Part shown: positions 59,201-64,000 of the stretch, piece after piece
How the letters are laid out: the number at the start of each line of letters is the position of its first letter
Numbering within the stretch: position 1 is the stretch's first letter
Notes under the pieces: model-generated
The model's input: only the letters and a program-made list of their open reading frames with translations
What the model was told of the DNA's origin: nothing
Database searches by the model: none
Assembly: GCA_017511715.1 (NCBI GenBank)
Contig: JAFWJF010000007.1
Span: forward strand, 6,421 to 70,420
Origin: Alphaproteobacteria bacterium
GTDB taxonomy: Bacteria; Pseudomonadota; Alphaproteobacteria; Rs-D84
Length of the DNA: 64,000 bases
Reading direction: 5' to 3'
Made by a program: the position numbers and the translations under genes

Positions 59201-61094
59201 TTGATGTTAAACTTGAACAACCTTCAAATACAAAAGCAAACAAATAATCTGCGGCACCTGTTATACCAGAAAACAATTCCGCAGGCACTGTTGTTAAGCC
59301 GGTATCTCTGAACGTCCCATAAAACATATATGTTGCAGGTGTAGTATAATCATCAAACAGGGTTGCCGGCACACTGGTTAAATATCTTGCCCATGCAAGT
59401 GTTTCATAAAATCTTGGTTGTGCGCCACTTTGTGCATTGCCTGTGATATACGGGAACATAGCAGACAAATTACCAGAAACCGATGCAATCTTTTCGGCAT
59501 TGGCTAGCTTGGCATCGTCAGAACTGCCTGCGTAAAAACTTATCGCCGGTGTTGATGTGTCTGAACTATATGTGGTTGTTGTGTTAGTGGCACTTCCACC
59601 AAATTTAATTGTTTGCACGGCACTGCTGTCCCACGAACATGTATATGTTGCTTCGGTTGTGTCGGCACGCGTAATAGTGCTTCCAGAAACGCCGGTTCCA
59701 TTTAACGTTCCGCCGTTTCCGCAATCTACATAGAATGTTCCCTTGGCAGACAGGTTGAATTGGAAACTGTCGGTTGACGATGTGGTTAATGTGAATTTCA
59801 GTTCTGCCCAATTTGCAGTAATGGTTTTTGCTCCGGTATCACTTGGTCCAATGGTTATACTGGATGACGGTATCGTGACACCATTACCCGTCCATCCCAA
59901 GAAAAAATGGTCATTTGGATGTGTTGGGGTACCACTAATGGTTGTACCTATACCTTCTGTATATGTAGTCGGAGCATTTGAATAATTTGTTCCGCCGTTC
60001 ATATTGTATGTAATAGCATAAGTAGGTGAACACCATGGTTTGCCAGCAGTGGCTGCCCACGATGGTGTTGTAGCATCTGTTCCAGATGGACAAGGCGATT
60101 CCAAACCCGTTCTTGTAAACATCTGGTATACCACATTTGTTCCGCCTTCTGTGACACCATTAAGGAACGTTCCGGGAACATAACTTGTGCTTGTTTGACC
60201 TTTGGTTATACCAGTCAAACTGGAACAGTTATAAAATGTTTGTTGAAACATATAATTTGCCGAACCAGATATGCCTGAAAACAGCCCCTTTGGTATTGAT
60301 TCCAAGCTCGTACAGCCATAAAATGTCTGCTGAAACATATAATCTGCCGCACCAGATATGCCTGAAAACAGCCCCTCTGGTATTGATTCCAAGCTTGTAC
60401 AGCCACGAAATGTCTGCTGAAACATATGAGTTGTTGCAACTGTATAACCGTAAAAAAGGTCATCTTGTATCGCTTCCAGATTTTCTGCACTATGAAATGT
60501 TTGATAAAATCGTGGTTGTGCGGTGGTTGTGTTACTGGCGCGTGGAAATAAGTCCGATAACTTACCGCTAACACCAGTAATCAATCTTGCGTTTGTGGCC
60601 TTTTCGGTAGTATCTGCGCCCGAATAGAAACGTATGGTTGGATTACCGTAGGTACCATAAGATGAAGTAGTATCAGACGCATTGCCACTAAACCTGACTG
60701 TTTGTGTGTCGTTTTGTGCCCAACTGTTCCATGAACACGTATATAATGTCGACGTGTTGATGGTTCGCGTAATTGTTTTGCCTGAAACCGTACTGCCAGA
60801 AACGCTGGGACCATCTAATGTTCCAGCGTTTCCGCAATCTACATAGAAAGTCCCCTTTGCGCTGATTTCGAAATCAAAAGTTGTTCTTGTGGTTGTATTG
60901 TTTTTAAGGTTCACTGTGAACTTTACCGGTTCACACACACTGCCACCGCCATTTACATCAATTTGATTGCTAGCACACGCCGCAAATGCAGAATTTGCAG
61001 TAAACACTACGAATATTGCAAATATTACGCTTTTTATAAAACTACAAAAAGGCTTTTGCAGTGTCACCCCTTCCCTTTCCTTTCCTTTTTCCAT
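56214..61094 (-). CDS. Giant modular surface protein (1626 aa): lectin-like repeats, 26-residue surface repeats, Listeria-Bacteroides (Flg_new-like) repeats, Cys-rich C-terminal region
   Basis: Signal peptide. Three copies of the ~120-aa module ...SAKGTFYVDCGNGGTL.G.GVSG.TITR. Tandem YMFQQTFYGCTSLESIP.GLFSGISG.A repeats. ITYNxNGGTNYS...GWTG modules. Dense Cys pairs in last 500 aa. Confidence 0.65.
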   Translation of the reverse strand: MEKGKEREGVTLQKPFCSFIKSVIFAIFVVFTANSAFAACASNQIDVNGGGSVCEPVKFTVNLKNNTTTRTTFDFEISAKGTFYVDCGNAGTLDGPSVSGSTVSGKTITRTINTSTLYTCSWNSWAQNDTQTVRFSGNASDTTSSYGTYGNPTIRFYSGADTTEKATNARLITGVSGKLSDLFPRASNTTTAQPRFYQTFHSAENLEAIQDDLFYGYTVATTHMFQQTFRGCTSLESIPEGLFSGISGAADYMFQQTFYGCTSLESIPKGLFSGISGSANYMFQQTFYNCSSLTGITKGQTSTSYVPGTFLNGVTEGGTNVVYQMFTRTGLESPCPSGTDATTPSWAATAGKPWCSPTYAITYNMNGGTNYSNAPTTYTEGIGTTISGTPTHPNDHFFLGWTGNGVTIPSSSITIGPSDTGAKTITANWAELKFTLTTSSTDSFQFNLSAKGTFYVDCGNGGTLNGTGVSGSTITRADTTEATYTCSWDSSAVQTIKFGGSATNTTTTYSSDTSTPAISFYAGSSDDAKLANAEKIASVSGNLSAMFPYITGNAQSGAQPRFYETLAWARYLTSVPATLFDDYTTPATYMFYGTFRDTGLTTVPAELFSGITGAADYLFAFVFEGCSSLTSIPLNMFTGISGAANSMFESAFYGSNLTSITDGGTSTTYIPGSFLSGVTGGTNVARYMFSMAELAGTCPSGTVTTTPSWATDASKPWCSPGNTITYNLNGGTNYSGAPTTYVYGVGTTISGTPTKSGYIFKGWTGSNGSTPQPTVTIGASATGAKSYTANWELPKFTLTTTSTNSYQFSMTAIGTFYVDCGNGGTLSGTGVSGTTITRSNTTEVTYTCTWNSSAFQTILFGGEATGYSASSESAINFYKFSTPNAAKIASVSGNLSAIFPYVSGNAQDGAQPRFASAFGYATNLTSVPDTLFANYTTAASYMFDNTFGGSGLTTIPAGLFNRISSAGEGAFIDTFYGCTSLTSIPADSFSGMSGSGDYVFLETFYGCTNLASITDGQTSTTYVPGTFLTTVTGGEGVVSDMFANTSLASSCPAGTYTVTPSWASDAGKPWCATVVATCVAGEYLNASNAQCTACPAGKYCAGGTYTYNGTDLGITGDVTAGYFASGGAKVAAPTSSSDCLSGNTCGQCTSDSTTGRKTYSTAGAASCSVCPAVTGDIASRVTSYSGWWSNDIHNKITGCAANFSDTDNDATFRVYCYYNTTDGAYGGANSICEVRHPTACAAGKYDTITSTDEWNWTSNPTYARGYGIDFMNGKVCTNTDAGYYSAEDSLTQTACAAGTYSTGGAASCTVCDGSTYSSTTGATSCTACPRGYTIGSTSTIGEGTVKPIGKIDIDVDEATDHDDISDCKITCSAGYAVLTANARACETIQNSTYKGKYTTLHSVSYGSTSTINDCPRDYDAANGTTAQSNCQTACDAGTAVHRTNDQCTAITTDNKYTTRHNINYGQTSILSTCNTTNGYTNSGTTAADHAGQSSCKTTITLNKNGGSGTIQGTSGTGNASIICSQSVSCDFGGVSGLTKTGYTFSGGWGTSADCTATTTSFTNPTGTYYACESPNQINITWDGVTSQEALATNVRQVYYDGDIHTPQESNLVSKTGASFQGWKFKK

Positions 61095-61317
61095 GACACA
61101 AAGACAACTGTTTTTCCCCAGTTTTCTTCGCCCTGCACGCACCGTCCATCGATTATTTTGACGCGTCGCACTATTTTGTTATCGCGATTGTAGCACAAAA
61201 ACTTTTCAACGGTCAAGTTATAACAGAGAATAAAAAAGCTGTATTTTAATAAAAAAAACTTGATTTTAAGTAAAATATTATCTACAATGCGCCAAGTGAA
61301 TAAAAAAGGCGATAAAA

Positions 61318-61497
61318 ATGGCATCTAAAAAAGGTAGCAAAGAAGTTGTAAAACTGGAAAATAAAGAAACCGGTTTTTATTACACAACAACAAAAAACAC
61401 AAAATCTGAAAATACCCAGGGTAAAATGAAATTCCGTAAATACGACCCAAAATTACGCAAACACGTTGTATTCACAGAAGCAAAAATGAGCCACTAA
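61318..61497 (+). CDS. rpmG: 50S ribosomal protein L33
   Basis: 59 aa MASKKGSKEVVKLENKETGFYYTTTKNTKSENTQGKMKFRKYDPKLRKHVVFTEAKMSH; classic L33 pattern (below the 60-aa ORF cutoff). Confidence 0.85.
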   Translation: MASKKGSKEVVKLENKETGFYYTTTKNTKSENTQGKMKFRKYDPKLRKHVVFTEAKMSH

Positions 61498-61581
61498 GGT
61501 ATATTTTGTTATGTCAAGTTTTAACAGACCCCGCAATCGCGGGGTCTGTTATTGCATAAAAATCGCCCAAACGGGTGGTTT

Positions 61582-63819
61582 TTATTTCCCAAATTTACCA
61601 CTGCGTGGGAAACCTACAGGAATTGTATGACCCTGGGATGCGCGTTTTGCAAGCCATGGTTTTATATCGTCCAATTTGGTTGTGCCACGTCCAGTTGTCC
61701 ATCCAAAACCATCAGACATATTAAAGAACATCGCATCAATCGTATAAGTGCGTTCGGCGTTATATTTTTGTAATATTACACCCTTGCCGCGTGTCATTTC
61801 CGGAATTTGTTCGGTTTCGAACATCAGCAATTTATCATTTGACCCAGACAACGCAACCATATCGCCAGTCACAGGCACACACAAAACCGCAGGATTACGT
61901 TCATCGACATTCATTATCTGTTTACCATTTCTGGTTTGTGCAACACAATTTTCGCCCGCAACAATAAATCCTGTACCATGGCGACCTACAACCAGATATT
62001 TTGCGTTTGTATCCAAAACAAAAGCCCTCACTATTGTTTCTTCGGCACCGATGTCCGCCATCATTCGCACAGATTCCCCAAAACCACGCGCAGACGGCAA
62101 ATCGTTCCCAGACAAAGTAAACATCTTGCCCCCAGATGCAAACAAATTGATTTTGTCAGTGGTTTGTGCATGGAACGCGAATTGTAATTCATCGCCTTCC
62201 TTGAACTTCATATCCAAACTGTTCAAATCAAGATGTCCTTTGGCTGCACGTATCCAACCCATAGATGACAATACAACTGTGATTGGTTCTTTTTCAATAA
62301 AGTCTTCTGCATTGACAGCGACCTCTTCCCCAACCGGTGCCCATTGAGTCCGACGACGACCCAGGCTTGTATTTTTTGCGTACTGTTTTTTAATATCGTC
62401 AAACCAAGCGTGTAATTGAGCATTCTGAATTTCTTCGCTGTCCAACAAGTTTTGTAATTTTTCTTTCTCTGCGCGCAATTCTTGGTCTTCGCGTTTAATT
62501 TCCATTTCTTCCAATTTACGAAGTGAACGCAAGCGCGTATTCAATATTGATTCAACCTGAATTTCTGTTAATTGAAATTCCGCCATCAAGACAGATTTTG
62601 GATCGTCTTCATTACGAATAATCTCAATCACCCTGTCCAGATTCAGATAAACTATTAACAGTCCACCCAATATTTCTAACCTGCGTTCTATATTGCCTAA
62701 ACGCCATTTAGTGCGACGCAATAAAACATTTTTCTGGTGTGCAATAAATTCACGCAATACATCACCAATCGGCATTACACGTGGCGCACCATTGGAATCT
62801 ACGACATTGAAATTCATATTGAATTTGTATTCTAAATCAGTCATCGCAAACAAATGTGCCATCATTTTATCAATCGGGATATTGCGATTTTTTGGCGTGA
62901 TGACAATACGAACATCAGTTGTAGATTCATCAACAATATCTTCAACCAATGGCAATTTTTTATTGTCAATCAAATCAGCAATCTGTTCCACTAGTTTAGA
63001 TTTAACTATGCCATATGGAATTTCGGTTATAACAACCTGTTCTGCCCCACGATCCAGTTTTTCCACGTCCCATTTTGCACGAACACGAAACGCGCCACGT
63101 CCAGTATCATAATTCTTGCAAATCGTGGCAAAATCATCAATTAAAACACCACCTGTTGGAAAATCTGGTCCCACCAATTTTTTCATAATTTGTTCGGTGG
63201 TTGCGGCCGGTTTATCAACGACCAAATTCAGCGCATCCATAATTTCAGACACATTGTGTGTTGGAATATTTGTCGCCATACCAACCGCGATTCCCATACC
63301 ACCATTTGCCAATAAATTAGGGAAAGCCCCCGGCATAACAGTTGGTTCAACTGTTGTTCCGTCAAAATTCGGCATCATATCAACGCTGTCTTCATCAATA
63401 CCTTCCATAATCAGCATTGCCGCCGGTGTCATCTTTGATTCTGTATAACGATATGCAGCCTGGGGGTCGCCATCAATATTACCAAAGTTTCCCTGACCAT
63501 CTATCAGTGGATAACGCACAGAAAAGTCTTGCGCCAAGCGCACCATCGCATCATAAACCGAAGAATCACCATGCGGATGATAATGCCCCAACACATCGCC
63601 TACAACCGTTGCACACTTACGAAATGCGGCGTTTGGTGATAATTTTTGGCGCAACATAGAATACAAAATGCGGCGATGCACAGGCTTTAACCCATCACGA
63701 ACATCAGGCAACGCACGTGCCACAATCGTAGATACCGCGTACGACAAATAGCGTTCAGACAGTGCGTCTGATAATTGCTGTCCAGATATATTTTCAACTG
63801 TATTTTCAGATTTTCTCAT
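61582..63819 (-). CDS. parC: DNA topoisomerase IV subunit A
   Basis: 745 aa (GyrA would be ~900), active-site region AAMRYTE-like ([10 protein letters not shown]), HPHGD motif. Confidence 0.85.
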   Translation of the reverse strand: MRKSENTVENISGQQLSDALSERYLSYAVSTIVARALPDVRDGLKPVHRRILYSMLRQKLSPNAAFRKCATVVGDVLGHYHPHGDSSVYDAMVRLAQDFSVRYPLIDGQGNFGNIDGDPQAAYRYTESKMTPAAMLIMEGIDEDSVDMMPNFDGTTVEPTVMPGAFPNLLANGGMGIAVGMATNIPTHNVSEIMDALNLVVDKPAATTEQIMKKLVGPDFPTGGVLIDDFATICKNYDTGRGAFRVRAKWDVEKLDRGAEQVVITEIPYGIVKSKLVEQIADLIDNKKLPLVEDIVDESTTDVRIVITPKNRNIPIDKMMAHLFAMTDLEYKFNMNFNVVDSNGAPRVMPIGDVLREFIAHQKNVLLRRTKWRLGNIERRLEILGGLLIVYLNLDRVIEIIRNEDDPKSVLMAEFQLTEIQVESILNTRLRSLRKLEEMEIKREDQELRAEKEKLQNLLDSEEIQNAQLHAWFDDIKKQYAKNTSLGRRRTQWAPVGEEVAVNAEDFIEKEPITVVLSSMGWIRAAKGHLDLNSLDMKFKEGDELQFAFHAQTTDKINLFASGGKMFTLSGNDLPSARGFGESVRMMADIGAEETIVRAFVLDTNAKYLVVGRHGTGFIVAGENCVAQTRNGKQIMNVDERNPAVLCVPVTGDMVALSGSNDKLLMFETEQIPEMTRGKGVILQKYNAERTYTIDAMFFNMSDGFGWTTGRGTTKLDDIKPWLAKRASQGHTIPVGFPRSGKFGK

Positions 63820-63880
63820 ATTTTCTTTCCGTTTTTATCAGCCAAAGAATAAAACATTTGCAAAAATAAAACAAGTAAAA

Positions 63881-63908
63881 AACCGCCCGATTGGGCGGTG
63901 TTTTTTTG
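63881..63908 (-). terminator. Intrinsic terminator downstream of partial rpsU
   Basis: Hairpin accgcccgattgggcggt with U-run on minus strand. Confidence 0.5.
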
Positions 63909-63914
63909 ATTCTG

Positions 63915-64000
63915 TTAGAATCCGAAAACCATACGTTGTTTCGATTGACGTTTCTTTTCGTTACGAACCGCTTCTTCTTTCAAGCGTTTACGTTTTGTCG
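63915..64000 (-). CDS. rpsU: 30S ribosomal protein S21, C-terminal part (3' partial in window)
   Basis: Minus-strand frame gives ...TKRKRLKEEAVRNEKKRQSKQRMVFGF*, Lys/Arg-rich tail ending GF as in alphaproteobacterial S21. Confidence 0.45.
   Translation of the reverse strand, partial: TKRKRLKEEAVRNEKKRQSKQRMVFGF

Overview
This window is AT-rich and comes from a Gram-negative bacterium, most likely a low-GC alphaproteobacterium. The evidence is the gene order frr-uppS-cdsA-rseP-bamA, together with lpxI, zauP-zapA and map-holA-lptE. Core housekeeping genes present are ligA, frr, uppS, cdsA, rseP, bamA, yraN, birA, priA, miaA, gap, zapA, radC, map, holA, lptE, rpmG and parC. Six tRNA genes are present: His, Ala, Glu, Asp and Leu. 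Accessory material is interspersed with these genes:

1. About 14140-26990 is a compact virion and lysis gene cluster. It reads endolysin-holin-scaffold-like, capsid-like, tail-like, terminase, portal. A strong promoter followed by two intrinsic terminators lies upstream of it. The large terminase gene is split exactly between its ATPase and nuclease halves by a 3.3 kb opposite-strand cassette encoding dnaB, an XRE/S24-like repressor and an unknown protein. A lysine/alanine-repeat histone H1-like protein sits in the head module.
2. At about 32944-34767 and 40241-41413 there are paralogous secreted cysteine-rich proteins sharing a C-terminal motif. Two of these loci begin with a conserved 5' leader carrying alternative pairing elements and a terminator-like hairpin. 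Other large surface proteins are also present: a trimeric autotransporter adhesin and a 1626-aa modular surface protein.
3. At about 50785-51608 a Hin/Gin-type serine invertase lies next to a roughly 110-bp segment bracketed by hix-like inverted sites. The segment sits between the invertase and the adhesin gene.
4. The tRNA-His, tRNA-Glu and tRNA-Leu loci carry partial direct copies of the tRNA 3' ends. Two of them also carry a shared small inverted-repeat-bounded element. An alpha/beta-hydrolase plus signal-peptide flavodoxin pair sits beside tRNA-His.
5. There are candidate sRNAs with CU-rich anti-Shine-Dalgarno-like loops, VirB7/VirB8-like genes after bamA, and an orphan VirB11-family ATPase.

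Most coordinates come from the supplied ORF table. Coordinates of motifs read by eye may be off by a few nucleotides.
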